A stretch of 64,000 bases of DNA from Eledone cirrhosa (Eukaryota): assembly GCA_964016885.1 (NCBI GenBank), contig OZ024743.1:98146001-98210000 (forward strand). Reading direction: 5' to 3'. Each line of letters starts with the position of its first letter. Position 1 is the first letter of the stretch. Shown in pieces: positions 1 through 13,989 of the stretch. Both the position numbers and the translations under genes were made by a program. The notes under the pieces are model-generated. The model was not told the DNA's origin, did no database searches, and saw nothing but the letters and a program-made list of their open reading frames with translations.

Positions 1-42
<42 letters not shown>
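1..42. repeat. (GT)n microsatellite
   Basis: Perfect GT dinucleotide run. Similar runs at 25930-26050 (with (GCGT)n), 40347-40413, 50660-50787, 53083-53202 and 62288-62361. Confidence 0.95.
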
Positions 43-45
<3 letters not shown>

Positions 46-989
46 AAGATGTGCCACCTCACAGTTTCCAAATTTCTCTCACAACATATTGGTCAACCCG
101 GGGTTAATGTAGAAGGTTGCCTTAGGTGCTGCGCAGTTGAATCGAAACTGAAACCACATCGCTGCAAAGCAGACTTCATAACCACAAGCCATATCTGCAT
201 CTAACAAAATGTCAAACGGTTTCGTCACACTTTTGTAATCCGCTCGATGACATTATTTTTTTCTTTTAGATATAGTGTAATTGTGTCAGTTATGAATACC
301 AAATTCTTCATCGGGTCATTTTTGTTTGTTTTTAAATGACTAAACAATAAGAATTCACCACCGTTAAGCCGGCAGTCCTATGCCTTAAATCCTCAACAAT
401 CTCCCCTCTACTATTAAGACATATTGTGTATTTCCTCCCTGCGACACCTCTTCTTCAACTTTCGTCTGGTGACAATACGAGTAAATTATTATATATTAAT
501 AGAAACTATATTTAAATTGTATTATGTGATATTACACTATGAAATATATCATTTTGTTCGACTCTATCATTATATTATATTTATATACCATTGCAATATT
601 TTATGGGGTATTATATCATGCACCATATTTTATTCAAATTGTGTTGCAATAAAATATATTCTTATCATATATTTGTTATTTTGCATTGGAATATATGGTT
701 TTTTAACATAGGCAGAACGCCCCATTTATTTTTTTACAGAAGTTAATTATATTAATTATATCGACCCAATATTTGCTTGGTGTTTATTTTATTGACGTCA
801 GAAAAATGATGCGTAAAGTTCACTGTGGCTGGTTTCAACATCATAAAGGGACATATCTAAATATCGTTACATTGTAGTTTGATACTTCAGTCATCTTACC
901 AATCTAACACCCTTTAAAGTCTAAAATAATACCAAGTATCGTTTCATATTATATTATATATCATATATTTATAAATTATAATTATTTGG

Positions 990-1180
990 TCAAGGTGGAT
1001 TGGCAGTATCAGTAGAGGGTCTGACGCCATGCTTTGCAGCATAGAGTTACGGCCCTTTATGGTCTGAGTTCAAATCCCGCCAAGGTTAACTTTGCCTTTC
1101 ATCTTTACGGGATCGATAAAATAAAGTACCAGTAATGTACTGGGATAATTGCTGGCCTTGTGCCAAAATTAGAAACAATT
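990..1180 (+). mobile_element. tRNA-derived SINE, family A
   Basis: B-box GAGTTCAAATCC followed by ACTTTGCCTTTCATC...GATAAAATAAAGTACCAG...GCTGGCCTTGTGCCAAAA. The same block recurs at about 1770-1950, 2530-2665, 7800-7920, 48655-48840 (+) and 58800-58980 (-). Confidence 0.8.
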
Positions 1181-1483
1181 ATATATCATATATTATATTT
1201 ATTATGCCAGTAGCCCAAAGTACATGAAAAGATGCTAGCCTTCCAATTCAAGAAAGTCCTTTTTTTACAACATTATCGGTGGATGGCAAAACTATTAGAG
1301 CAGCAAATGAAATCTTTGGTTAGACATGCCTCTTTCCATTTTGAATTCAAATCTCACTCGGATTGATTATGTCATCCTTCTAGGTTAATGAAATAATTAC
1401 CAGTATTGGAGGATGATTTTATTGACAATGCCTGTCTAATAAATCGTCTAGCATTCTAACAATGAATGAAATCAATATTATTA

Positions 1484-1587
<104 letters not shown>

Positions 1588-1588
1588 C

Positions 1589-1726
1589 TTTGAGTCTCTG
1601 TCATTGATGTTATTTAACTGGAATGTTTGTTGAAATGAATATCAAGCCGCTACCTGCAGCCTCAGACATTCAGGACGCCTCGGAGGGTTCTTATTGTTCC
1701 CAGCACGCATGCCTTTTGAAGTGTTC

Positions 1727-1727
<1 letters not shown>
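1589..1727 (-). mobile_element. 3' end fragment of an R4/Dong-like non-LTR retrotransposon inside a (TAA)n microsatellite
   Basis: Minus strand reads RTLQKACVLGTIRTLRGVLNV*, matching the C-terminal LQKxxLLGTxRxLRxVL motif of R4-clade RLE elements. Flanked by (ATT)n/(GTT)n at 1475-1588 and (ATT)n at 1727-1765. Confidence 0.6.
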
Positions 1728-1766
<39 letters not shown>

Positions 1767-1953
1767 AAATCGTTAGAGAGTCAGGCAAAATGCTTTGAGG
1801 CATTATGACTTCCGGTTCCAATTCTCTTGAGGTTAACTTTGCCTCCATCCTTCCAAGGTCGATAAAATAAAGTACCTATCAAACACTGGCGTCGATTTAA
1901 TTGACTTTCCCCTTCCCAAACATTGCTGGCCTGGTTCCAAAATTAGAAAATAA

Positions 1954-1985
<32 letters not shown>

Positions 1986-3469
1986 GTTGCTTTATATTAT
2001 ATGTTATTGTGTATTATATTTTATAAATTTGATTTAAATAGTGAATTATAAACAGGACATTCGTCAGCAATAGAATTTTCATGTAAGAATTTTTAAACGA
2101 AGCATTTTGATTTTCAGTTGAGAAGCCTAAAAATGGTAGCTAAGAGAACTAAATTCTTCTTTGACAATTATACTGAAATGAAAACTGTCTTGGAGAAAAT
2201 TCTGATATGTTATTACAATTTAGTGTCATGTTTTATTTTATATTCATTTTGGGGGGTGGGGGTGTCATTTCATTTTCGAATGGGAAATGAATGACACTGG
2301 TTTCTGGGTATTATCAAAGTAGAAACAGATTTCATGTTTTATTTACCAATGTAATAGTTCTTTAAATGTTATTGTATTAGAACCTTAAGCTGTAAATTGG
2401 CCAAAAACTAGATTCATTAATTGTTTCTATAACTTGAAAAGCATAATTTTTAATATGAGTTGGATAATAATATTCCAAATTAATTTCTTTAATGATATTA
2501 CATAGCGGTGGTAACAAGGCCACTCCTGTAAGGGGCGAATTGGTATAGTCGTTAAAGCATCCGATTAAATACTTCGGTATTTGTTCTGGTTCTCTGCACT
2601 CTTACTTCAAATTCCACCGAGTTCAACTTTGCCTTTCATGCTTGCGTAATCGATAGATAAAATACCTTTCCAGAGGCGGTGGATTGGTGGAATTGTTAAA
2701 AGGCCGGTAGGATGCTTTGTGTTATCTGTTCCAGCAGTATGCATTGTGAGTTTAAATTCCTACTGTCACTGGAAAAGGGGGAGTCCTCTGTCTAGAGCTG
2801 TGAGCGCCAGATAGAATCAGCAATAGAAATACGTTTTGTGACTGGATTTGCGCTTAACCCTGGTTAAATAAATCATTTAATATACAGCGCGAGTCAATCT
2901 TCTGTCTATTGGTAATGAGCACTAAAGTGCCCGGATGCACCAGTCTACAGCAAGTAAAATGATTAGTGGGGAAGGAAACAAATAACCGAGTGGTTAGGCT
3001 ACCAGACAATTTAGCAATGAGCTCGCCAGTTCCTATCCTGCCGCAGGTACAGAATTCTGAACGTAGCCAAAACATTTAACTCCCTTGTGGTCGAGTGATT
3101 AAAATACTACAGAATTTAGCTGTGAGTTCGACTGTTCATATCCTGCCACTGAAAAAAACTTCACTCTCAAATGGCCGAGTTCAAAGCTTTGTACTGTTAA
3201 ACTACTATTTCTCTATATTTCTATAAACGTTAATGCCTTGCTTCAATAATATGGTGGCTTAGTCGTAAAATCTTATAGCAAAATATATATTTTTCAGAAC
3301 ATATTCCAAACTGTATGTCAAAACTCATATTAAGCCGCATTAAATGGTCCTACTTGTAAAGAATAAGTCCATATTTCTATGTAAGAATCTTTATCATACT
3401 GGTCACATATTCGCTTAACATTAAAAATTAAATGGAGAATAAAAGGAATTGGTTAGGGAAGCAAATGAT

Positions 3470-3578
<109 letters not shown>

Positions 3579-6493
3579 TGAGAATCTTCATCAGTTAAAA
3601 AGGAATAGACCGTTTTTAAATTACGAGTTTAAGGGATTGAAGAATTCAGCTTCTGACTTTGTCAGGAGTGTATATCGTCATCTCTTAAACTCCCCTGCTT
3701 CTTCCAAAAATGCCAGCAATCCCCCTTCAAACTAATTCCCTTCTGTGTACACGTGTGCGTGCGTGTGTGTGTATAAGTGTGTGTGTGTGTTTATGTGTTG
3801 TTTCCTTTATAAGATTTTATTTGACTGCATTTCATGTCTTTGGATATGCTAGATAGATCGTTTCCACATTTTTCCAAACAGTGATCTCATTTAGGACACA
3901 CGCATATAATTAGGTATGCGTTGCAACTTGAATCTATTCAGTATGACATTAAACATGGTTTCATGACTTGGCACTTTTTAAATACATTAGTTATACAGCT
4001 TTATGTGGGTTTTCTATTATACGTAATAATTGAATGTAGTCTATTTCTTTATACAAAGGGTTGATGGTTGTCTAGTTTGCAAGTCGGATCCTGATTACTC
4101 CATTTTATTGTATCGACATCAATATTTCAAACGTAGGAAGGTAGATTGAAAGAGTTGATAAAGCGTCGGATAAAATGCCATTTTCACAAAATTTGCTGGC
4201 CTTGTGCCTAAATTACAAAACATTTTTTCAAACTTGGTAGGTGCGGTGGAAATGCTAAAAAATCTAGTCAGAATTTTTTTAATTATACTTTTTTTAAATA
4301 TACTATTACACGAAATGTTTGAAGTATAATTAAATCGTTCTTTAGTTTCTAAAATACGCTAATGGTTTTCTTTATTACATCTAAATCTTTACTTGTGCTA
4401 TGACAATTATCCTGCAATGCCATTTGAAGCCGATGAAGTCGACTCCCAGTACAGTCCCAGTGAAGTATTTCTTTTCAAAAAGTATCAATGTAAACAGTAT
4501 ATAGATTCATTTAAATGTATTTTTTTATTTAACTGAAATATAAAAATCCTGGTGACTTGGACATGAGTAATAGCATCGGGTCTTGAGCATGCGTTATTGC
4601 GCCGGATCTTGCGCACCCTCGTTGTGTCTTGAACAAATAAAGACAATTTACTTTTTTTTTTCACCTGAGCTTGAAACCCCTAAATGCTAATCCCAACCAT
4701 CTAACTACCTATACTTTCCCACACACCCCCAACAACTGGCTGTATTACCTGCAAGCATTTTAATATATATATATGCCTACTTTCTTTATTATTCGTCAAA
4801 GAATTTCTTCAGTATATCATTTTTCAAAAGAAAGTATCGATAGAATGTCAACAGTTGTATGGACTGGGGAAAATGTTATAATATTTTGGTATAGGTTTCA
4901 ATCCCTCATTAAATTTCATTTTATTTTACCTAAGCAAAATTATCACATATGGATTTAGAAAAGCATTCCTTTAGTAAGTCATGGTATACAAAACCCCAAC
5001 TGTACATTTATTTAAATATTGCATTTCTACTTGATTGAAATAGCGCGGCGACATATGCACTATCATCGGGTTTATGTATGCGCAATTGCATCGGTTCTTG
5101 TGCATGTGCACTCGGGTTGTGTCATTAATTTTTTTTCTTTAATAATAGTTTAATAATTTCATCCAGCAAATCTTGAAACCCTAAACACGAGCTTTAGCCA
5201 TGCTGCTACCAGACTAACTGTGTTTTTTCCATCATTTTTAAGAAAGGCAAATATATTTTCGATGACATCGGGCGCAATAATCTTAATATGAACATTAATT
5301 TAAAAACCTATACTTATAATCCGATCAGTTTTAGTACAGTATAAAATTATTGTATATTTAACGTCCCAATTTAAAAAGCTATCAATTAGCCTTCGCAACT
5401 AGTATATCTTTCTAAAATTACAAATGTGTATGGACGTTCAGCTATCATTGTGACTTATCTCCCTTGAATAACCAATGTTTTTAAATTCGAAAAACTTCAC
5501 TCAATAGTGCCTTGAGATAATTTAATGTTTTTATTGTCTATAAAAACAAAGTATATGGTATTTTCCTCCTTCTTTCTTAATTGTAGTTTAACTTGTGTTA
5601 GTCCGCAGGAATTATTTTAATTAAAGCTATTTTCTCTCATTTTATTAATATTAAATTTTGAAAATAATTAAACTTTAAAAGATATCGTAATTTTGAGTAG
5701 TTTCAATATGGCTTCTCTCTGTCATTTCTTTTTTTTTTTTTGTATTTCGTTCTATTTCTATGTATAATTTTCTTGCAGACTTATTTAACAAAATTATTGT
5801 ATGAAAACTAATTAATGATTAATAAAAAGTAAACAAATTAATAATTTCACTCTTGTTCCAGACTTTATTTTTTATTTTATTTTTCACATTTTCTTGAGCA
5901 TAAACTGTTAAAAAGTATTTTCTTTCTTTTAATTTCGACGAAGTATCATAAAAAATGTTTTCAGATTTAGTTTTCAGATTTTTATTGGTTTCCTTTTGAT
6001 ATTACACGAGATCGTATATTTCAGAAAGTTATTCTTGTTCAGCTCCAGGCCACGTTTGATCTAGAAGACCGATCATGAAACGTGTTCCAGTTATTAGGAT
6101 CCTGCTCTTTTAGGAACATGTAGGACAGCATCATCTCCTTCTCCTTTCATTATTTAAAATGGTAGATTTTGTATTGGAAAAGACTTAGCTTCTTTTTCTA
6201 GCAAGTCGAGTGAATATGTTGAGGAAGTATGTAGCGCTTATAAGTTTCCCAAATAAAGGTAACTTACGTCAACTAAGTACCGAAATTGCTTCACCTTACT
6301 ATCTCACAAGGGACTTTTATAATTTTGTAAAAGTATCATTTCCCACATATACACTATAGAGATATAATTGATGGATCGACTGAAGTAGAAAACTGGTACC
6401 TGTGTTGATTAGTAACAAACTTAACAATATTAGTGATACTTTTATATAAATATAAGCGAAACGCTCATTCTCTCTTATATACACATATATATA

Positions 6494-6910
6494 CCAGGTC
6501 CGAACACAAAAGAACCAAATTCCTACTGTCACTGCCTCCGTCACTCTGCCCATCTCTCACTATGGTGAGCAAATGGGGACCCACGTGCTGGCCTCCCCAC
6601 AGCCCCGGCGGACAGAATAGAGAAGGCGTTTCCCCGGAGGATGGAGAGGGAGATGTACCGGAAGAGCCATTCCAGCTTATGAGGCTAACACCTGCGGATA
6701 GCCAACTCTGTGCCGGTGGTGGTGAGCAGGGAGGTGGCCCTTGGGCTAAGGACACCAGAAGTCTTCACTGCCACAGACTTGACTGCACACCTGTGATTAC
6801 CCTCCTCGTCCCGAAGTGCAACAGAGCCTGGGTTGGTCGCAGACTGCACCAGGTTACCACTGGGTAATGTGTCACTGCATGTGGCATCCTATGTGTTGAA
6901 CTGGAGGTGG
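6494..6910 (-). mobile_element. Decayed 3' fragment of a CRE-like (RLE) non-LTR retrotransposon
   Basis: Minus strand gives DATCSDT..NLVQSATNPGS and a degenerate EWLF..SL...GNA motif. Homologous to 47228-47500, 51455-51775 and 60190-60355. Confidence 0.7.
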
Positions 6911-9053
6911 TAATTGTTTGGCTAGTGACTTGATCTATGTTCATATGTTAAGATTTGACAATCACGGAATTATCATAATAAAGATTTTTAACACACATAT
7001 ATAACATTATATTTGCTTTTTGTTTTATTTGTAATACTATACTATAAAGCACCAGAGAATTTCGTTGTACATCTACAGACTAGTCAATGACACAATTCCT
7101 CTTTTCAAAAAATCTATAGCATACTGTATTATCTTAAATAAAGCAAAAATAAATATGATGGTTTATACGTGTTTCAAATTATTATGACTCATCCGTGATG
7201 TTAATTTTTATTCAATTAATTAAATAGAATAACTAGATGAATCTTGAATATTCTGTAATAGATTTTACCAATAAATTAGATTTACATGTTTAACGTGTAG
7301 ATCAAATTTAAATGTTAAAATTACAGAATTAAATCATATGAACAACTTCCATTTTCGTGAAATGTTTGTATTTACAATTTGTAAAGGAGATAAATTCAAT
7401 ATCTATGACAAGGAAATTGTTTTAAAAAGTAAACATGATGCAGAAAGATGTGGATTTTATTTTTAAGCCAACAGGTGAAATCACTGAATATGCTCCGACC
7501 GTATTAGATGTCCTCGGCGACGAATATTCTATGCCTGACCCTACACGAGGGGTAGTTAGTATGCAGGGCATTGTCCCTAGTTATATTGTTCAACTTTATA
7601 ATCATTTCCTCTATTTCTCTATATATTAATCATTTCTAAGTTTTGGCGAAGGTATAGAATATACTTCGCTAAGGAAAACTAACTATATCGAAATAGGTCT
7701 ATTACTTTCACCAACTAGCTTTAAAGGCAAGCGCCAATCTTATATATATATCGTCTTTATTTCTCGGCATATTCCACTTGATTGATATTATTAGAGTTAT
7801 AGTCTGAGTTCAAATCCCGCCGAGGTTCACTTTGCCATTCATCCTTACGGGGTCGATAAAATAAAGTACCAGTAATGTACTGGGATAATTGCTGGCCTTG
7901 TGCCAAAAGTAGAAACAATTATTAGAGTTATCTCCATCCCTTTTCTGTTATTTTGTTAGAATGTATAAGCCCACCACAAGAGTGTCTTCTCTACTCATCA
8001 CTAATAGTTGCTAGGATTTTGCTGATATAATAATCAGTGTGGTGTGTGAATAGGTGTCGCTGAGCACAGTGTAAGTATCTAAGTAGTTGGATGACCTACT
8101 AGAAATAGAAGCCACGTTTCCCTCAGATTATACCCTATAATCCTAAAAAGAGAGTGATAATTGTAAAGGGCTGGAAGAGAACGGGATAGTGGTGGTTACA
8201 ACGCCTTTGATCACAGTCTAGCCAGAACTTATTACACATAATAACAACAAAACGATATTTCGTGGTGTACTAAAGCTGTAGGAAAATCAAAATACATAGG
8301 TGAGACACAAACGAATGATTTCTACTAGAACTTCAGAGTTATACATTCTGTCCATAAAGTAGAGTCAATTGTATATGCTCCTGCTATAATGAAAAGCAAA
8401 ATCAAGCGACAAAGAATACATAAATAAATATTTCAAATGTTATTCAACACGCTAAAATTTCTTCCAGGTACAAGAAATGAAGAAATATGTTGACAATGTT
8501 TATGAATGAATAACTGGTTTTCAGTGTAGAAAATGTTCTATTTTATATAGATATATATGTTGAACAATGAAATCAAAAAGTGAAGTTTAGTGTTTAATCA
8601 GTTCATTGTTTTACGATCGTTTCAGAAAGTTGATTGATCATGAAAAATCGATATTGTGACTAATCGATAGTAGTTATATAACTCCATATTGTTTCTGAGA
8701 AAGACGGTGAGATGGATCTGTAGTATCCTTAGATCAATTAGTCATTATTTCGATTTAGCATAATCAATCAGCCTTCTAAAACGTAAAATTGTGAACTCAT
8801 TAAGCGCTAAACACCGCCTATTCTTTTCATTGTTTAACATGTGTGTGTGTGTGTGTATGTGTGTGTGTGTGTGTAATTATTCAAGTAAAGGAACGTTGGT
8901 TGATCAATTAATCAACCGACTGTAGTGTAAACAGACGGAAGCACTCTGCGACGTGGGTCCCTTTGTGTGTTATCTTTAAGGTATCAGACGGAGTGTCAAT
9001 ATTATAAAGAAGAGAGTCGGTTTTATGTGTACATCCTCTGTTTATTATATAAT

Positions 9054-9124
9054 CATGTTATGTGCATTTCAAAGACATCAAAGTGATTGCACAATAACCC
9101 TTTGACGTGTTTTCATCAGACACG
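9054..9124 (-). ncRNA. Type I hammerhead ribozyme
   Basis: Reverse complement: CGTGT-CTGATGA-AAACACGTCAAAG...CTTTGATGTCTTT-GAAA-TGCACA-TA/ACATG. Stems I and II pair, and stem III is near-palindromic (ATGCACAT). Confidence 0.8.
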
Positions 9125-9208
9125 TGTTAAATTGTAATATTTTTGTTATTGATTTGCACACTGTAGTTTGGAACACGATGATAGCATTTCGGCTACAAGT
9201 GAATATAT

Positions 9209-9335
9209 TCAATCACTTTGATGTCTTTGGAATGCGCATAACAGGGTTATACAATAAACAGAGGATGTATACATATATATCATCTGTTTATTGTATAATC
9301 CTGTTATGTGCATTTCAAAGACATCAAAGTGATTG
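9209..9335. repeat. Inverted repeat (hairpin) made of two copies of the 3' half of the 9054-9124 hammerhead plus downstream sequence
   Basis: CAATCACTTTGATGTCTTTGGAATGCGCATAACAGG... is mirrored by ...CCTGTTATGTGCATTTCAAAGACATCAAAGTGATTG. Confidence 0.85.
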
Positions 9336-9339
9336 CATA

Positions 9340-9850
9340 CCACCAGAAAAGCCCAAGCATGGTCTGCTTGCAACAAATTAGACCGTATTTGGTGCTCCAG
9401 TCTTCCTAGCTCCTCCAAAGTCAGGCTCTTCCAAGTCACAATCCAACCAATACTCTATGGTAATGAGACTTGGACATTCTCAGACAAGCAACACAGACGT
9501 CTTGATAGAGCCTATACATCACTTCTCAGACACTCTTAAAACATAAAGTGGAGGGAAGACAAGACTCTCCGGGAGATATACAATGGTCTGTTGCATATAA
9601 CTGATGTAGGCCGAAGGAGCGTGAGGTTTACTGGCCATTGTCATCGGGCCCTAAATGAAGCTGTGTCCTCTTTGGTGCTTTGGAAACCTGCACCTGTCTC
9701 AAGATGAGGGGGGGGGTCGCAGCAAGCTCTCATATCCATATGTCATAGACAACGATGTTGGTGTTCACATTTAGGACCTAGTTACTGGCATGAGCGACAG
9801 GCCCACGTGAATATCTATCATTGAGTGTATTTCAGCCGAGACCACAGGGT
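9340..9850 (+). mobile_element. Decayed RTE-group LINE 3' fragment
   Basis: ORF 9333-9539 RKAQAWSACNKLDRIW...LYGNETWT...RLDRAYTSLLR is homologous to the RTE ORF at 55915-56646. Stops follow downstream. Confidence 0.75.
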
Positions 9851-9989
9851 GATATATCTCAGTTGGTCTATATTTCGGAGGAAATTGAGTACGCTTTACA
9901 CTTTCTTCGCCCTTAAATATCGATGTTACTGATTCATTTCTTTATTTTTGTTCATTATATATACTTATATATATATATATATATATATA

Positions 9990-10067
<78 letters not shown>

Positions 10068-10095
10068 ATCAAAAGATGGTTAAAAGAGTTCCAAG

Positions 10096-10166
10096 TATTT
10101 TATTATGCGCATTTCAAAAACAAATATCATCATGAGATGATATCTGCGTTTTCATCAGATAAAATA
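10096..10166 (-). ncRNA. Type I hammerhead ribozyme
   Basis: Reverse complement: TATTTTAT-CTGATGA-AAACGCAGATATCATC(TCAT)GATGATATTTGTTTTT-GAAA-TGCGCA-TA/ATAAAATA. 8-bp stem I and palindromic stem III (ATGCGCAT). Confidence 0.88.
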
Positions 10167-10319
10167 GGGATACATGATATGAAGGTTAAAAAACACTTGT
10201 GAATAGTGAAGTTTTAAATCAACATATGAAAAATAATTAATCTTAAATTATTTTTCATAAGTTTGTAAGAATTACGTTCAATCTTGGAGTATAAAGGATA
10301 AAAGAGAAAACACAGGTAA

Positions 10320-10737
10320 TAATTAAAAAAGGATTTTATCCAGGTATTTACGACCGTTTCATTGGTAAGTGCAACCTTATATTGCTATACTGCAAATAGC
10401 AGCCACTCAATAATAATTGTTGTTCACGTCCAAATTTTCAAAATAGTGAATATGTTACTCTTAAAAAGTTCGTAATATATAAAAAAAACTGTTTGTTTTT
10501 TTTAAATTGTATTTACTAGTATAGAGAGAGCGGAAGAGGAATTAGAAAGTGGAGGGACAAACGGAATAATATAGAGAGAGAGGAATGGGGAGAAGAATTA
10601 GGAAGTAGAGTGACAAACTGAGATGGAGGGAGGGGTAGAGGTGGAAGGATTCCTCGATCCGTTTTGATATGTAGACTTCATGTCGTCGATTTACAATGTA
10701 GTGAGTTAAAGAGAATTAAATTGTTTATAGTGGGAGG

Positions 10738-10789
<52 letters not shown>

Positions 10790-12450
10790 GGGGGGATAGA
10801 GAGATAAATATATATATTAAAAAATAAAAATAAAAATAAAGAAGGGGGAATATAGCAAAAAAGGAGAGAGAAGAAAGGAAGAAAACGAAAAGAAATAGAA
10901 AAGGAATGAAGGAGAAGGAAGGGATATAGGTATTGTTTTTTGTGGGTAATTAAAGGGGTTAGATACAATAAGAGGGTAGAAAGTCTAAGTATATGCAGTT
11001 TGTCAGGTGGTAGTAAAAGGTTAAGTGTTCGATTTGCACTTGTAGTGTGAAAACCTTTCTTTGAGTCTATGGTTACAATAAATTGATCTTTCGATTTTAT
11101 TGTTGAGTAATTTATTCTTCGAACTCAAAATGTGGAACAGCTCAAGGTCACATAATCGACAGCTTCTCATACCACTCCGATATGGGGGCGCGTTCGATAA
11201 TTTTTTCCACTTCAGGGTGTATTGATGGTTACTTTCCCTCCGTTGCCAGGTCTTTTTCGCAAGGGTAGTTACATAACGATGCTGGGAATGTTTCATTGCG
11301 TAACGGTGTGTATACTAACGAGCTTTAATGTATTCCCAGTCGCTCCGATTTAATACTATTTCTGGTTGTCTGACTCTACTGTGCATTGGTAAAGCAGGTT
11401 AGACTGCATACATTCATTATGTAATGGACAGGTTTCAGGTAGGTGGCAATTACAATTCTTGTCATGGGCAACTTTGGCATTATTGGTGGGCTGCGATACC
11501 TGTACAAGGTTGTTACGTTTTGTTTGCATATTAGTGGGTGGTTGTGTATTAGATATTCTGTTGTGTTCAATGGTAATTGTATTGTTATTTTTATAAATTT
11601 GTGTTTTGGTGCTGTCACGTATCTTTTTAGCGTTAAGCATCTTAATGTGTGCCTCTATGTTTGTTGCCGTGGAGTAAGATAGTCTAAAGATTTAGTGTTA
11701 AGGATTTTGCTGTATCTATGTGAATCTGGAAAGTGCTTATTTATTATTCTAAAGAAGGTAGAGGGTAGATTAGTACTATTAGAGATGTTAAATATGGGGT
11801 TATACCAAATATATTTTCTACTGCGTGACCTGTTTGATTTCGATGTTGTATTTCTATTTTCAGTATAATTTGTAGTTCTATGCGTAAATGCGTGTGTGCG
11901 TGTGTTTCTGGAGTTTGTGTTATGCGTGTTCGTGTGTGCTTTGCGGAGGCACTCATCTATATATTCTACTCTATCTAAGTGGCATGCCTTGTCTAGTGCG
12001 GTATTGTACTACTCTGCATGTTCCTCGAAGATTTGTCGGTTAGACGAGAGGCGGGAGATCCTAAGGGATATGCTGCGTGGAACGAATTTAATTATGGATA
12101 ATGGGTGGTTCGAATTACAGTTGATGTATGCTAAGTTTCCATTAATCATGTGAAAAGGTTTTATAAATCCCGTATTTAGGTTAAGCGTCGCGTCTAGAAA
12201 GTTAACTATTTTAGTGCTATATTCATGCGTTATGCTAAGGCCTAGTTTTCCGAGAGTCTTTCTAATATTCTTACGCAGGTTTTCTATGCTCTGGTTATTT
12301 AGGTTCTTAACTAGGCGAAGGGTGTCGTCTCTGCAGATTCCACCGTGAAGGTCGCTAAACTCCCTCTGTAAACTATGGACTATGTAAATACCTACTAAAT
12401 CTGTGACTTGAGCCGAATCATTAGCCCCCATTGTGATGTCAAAGTTATTT
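10320..12450 (-). mobile_element. 5'-truncated Penelope-like element (Naiad type), decayed
   Basis: RT C-terminal half [13 protein letters not shown]...CRDD...FLDATL...SNHP (12009-12450), linker CNCHLPETCPLHNEC, GIY-YIG remnant ...CRLCDLE...LLN (11021-11296), a purine/pyrimidine-skewed 3' UTR and a decayed hammerhead at about 10335-10445. It abuts (TA)n. Confidence 0.85.
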
Positions 12451-12471
12451 AATATATATATATATATACAT

Positions 12472-12502
<31 letters not shown>

Positions 12503-12658
12503 TAAATATATATATATATATATAAATATATATACATATATATATATATATATAGGAACGAGTAGGACCCCAAGTTCCTATTACCCACTCTACTACCCTA
12601 AGTATTGAGTACTTTGGTGCGTTATGGTCCACCTGGTTCCTTACCACATTTCTTCCGT

Positions 12659-12692
<34 letters not shown>

Positions 12693-12713
12693 TAAATATA
12701 TATATATATACAT

Positions 12714-12772
<59 letters not shown>

Positions 12773-12999
12773 GATAATTTGTATTCCAATGTTACTAAGC
12801 AGTTGCATTGGATGGAGTCAACTGACGTCAGAGATTGCTCAACGTATAATAAAGTGTGTTTTAAAATCCGAAGAAAATATGGAGAAAAAATTTACGAAAT
12901 GGAAATGCGGGTATATAGAATTTATTAGGTAACAATTGTTTCTATAGTGTATGAGTTACCTATACCTCGCTACTTGAATAATACACAAATATTATCAAA

Positions 13000-13800
13000 A
13001 ACCGAAAGTACACTGTAAACCAACACACCATGTCATCAGACCTTTGTATTAGAATGATATGAAAATATTTTATACACTAGATAAAAGATAAAGAAGGAGG
13101 TAGGAAGAGAAGGGGAAGAGGGAAGTGAGTAAGGTGGAGGGAGTCTTAGGGTTTAAGACTGTCAGACTAGTAGAGATTGTGAAGAGAGAATGTTTTGGCA
13201 GCAGTTAGCTTAATGAGGCGTGCTAAGGTTGGCTGGGAAGTAGATTCTTCTAGTGGTGTTGTTCGGACAAAATTTAGTTAGAGGGGTCAAAGTGGTACAA
13301 TGTCACAGACAAGTTATTAGGGCTATTATAGTAGCAGGTTATTTCTAAAGGGGTCCTGAAAAACAGTGTTTAGTACTATTATTATAGAAAGCCATATCTA
13401 GTGTATAAACATATAAGACAGAAATTTGCAAACGTTGGTGGAAAAAGGTAACATTATATGCATTTAAAAAAAGAAAAAGTCGTTTTCAAACGATGGTTAC
13501 AGTATAGAAAACGTTCAATTTTGCTGTTCAAAAGTTTGTTTACCGACGTTAAAATGCAGTATATCTCTAAATTGCATAACTTGCAGAATCGATGATTTTG
13601 CTGATATGCAGGCGCAGCTGCAATAATTTGCCAATCAAGGGAGAACGCTTGATTGTTCCTCCGAAGCTGCCAGGCTTTATCGGCGAGGGTTGTTACGGAG
13701 CGCATTTTCTCGTGCCTGATCGAAGATCGATGTTGGTATAGGCGAGCCTTGAAAGAAGTTGCGGTACATCCGACGTAATACCATTTGTTGGTCCCGGAAT
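13000..13800 (-). mobile_element. Penelope-like (Naiad) GIY-YIG and 3' UTR fragment
   Basis: ORF 13454-13705 TTLADKAWQL...FCKLCNLE...LLNSKIERFLYCNHRL is homologous to the other endonuclease remnants. Confidence 0.8.
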
Positions 13801-13851
13801 TTATTGTTACCTAATAAATTCTATATACCCGCATTTCCATTTCGTAAATTT

Positions 13852-13923
<72 letters not shown>

Positions 13924-13946
13924 CATACATACATACATATATATGT

Positions 13947-13978
<32 letters not shown>

Positions 13979-13989
13979 ATATATATATT

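Noticed and set aside
3080-3155. tRNA-like sequence (also the SINE heads at 35060, 57065 and 57720)
   Set aside because: No complete cloverleaf. These are decayed tRNA-derived SINE heads.
4550-5220. Two diverged copies of an about 150-bp GC-richer motif ending CTTGAAACCCTAAA
   Set aside because: Probably old non-autonomous repeats, too degenerate to classify.
7435-7629. Possible isolated host exon (about 7475-7554, GEITEYAPTVLDVLGDEYSMPDPTRG)
   Set aside because: A plausible acceptor, but no recognisable domain or partner exon. It needs RNA-seq.
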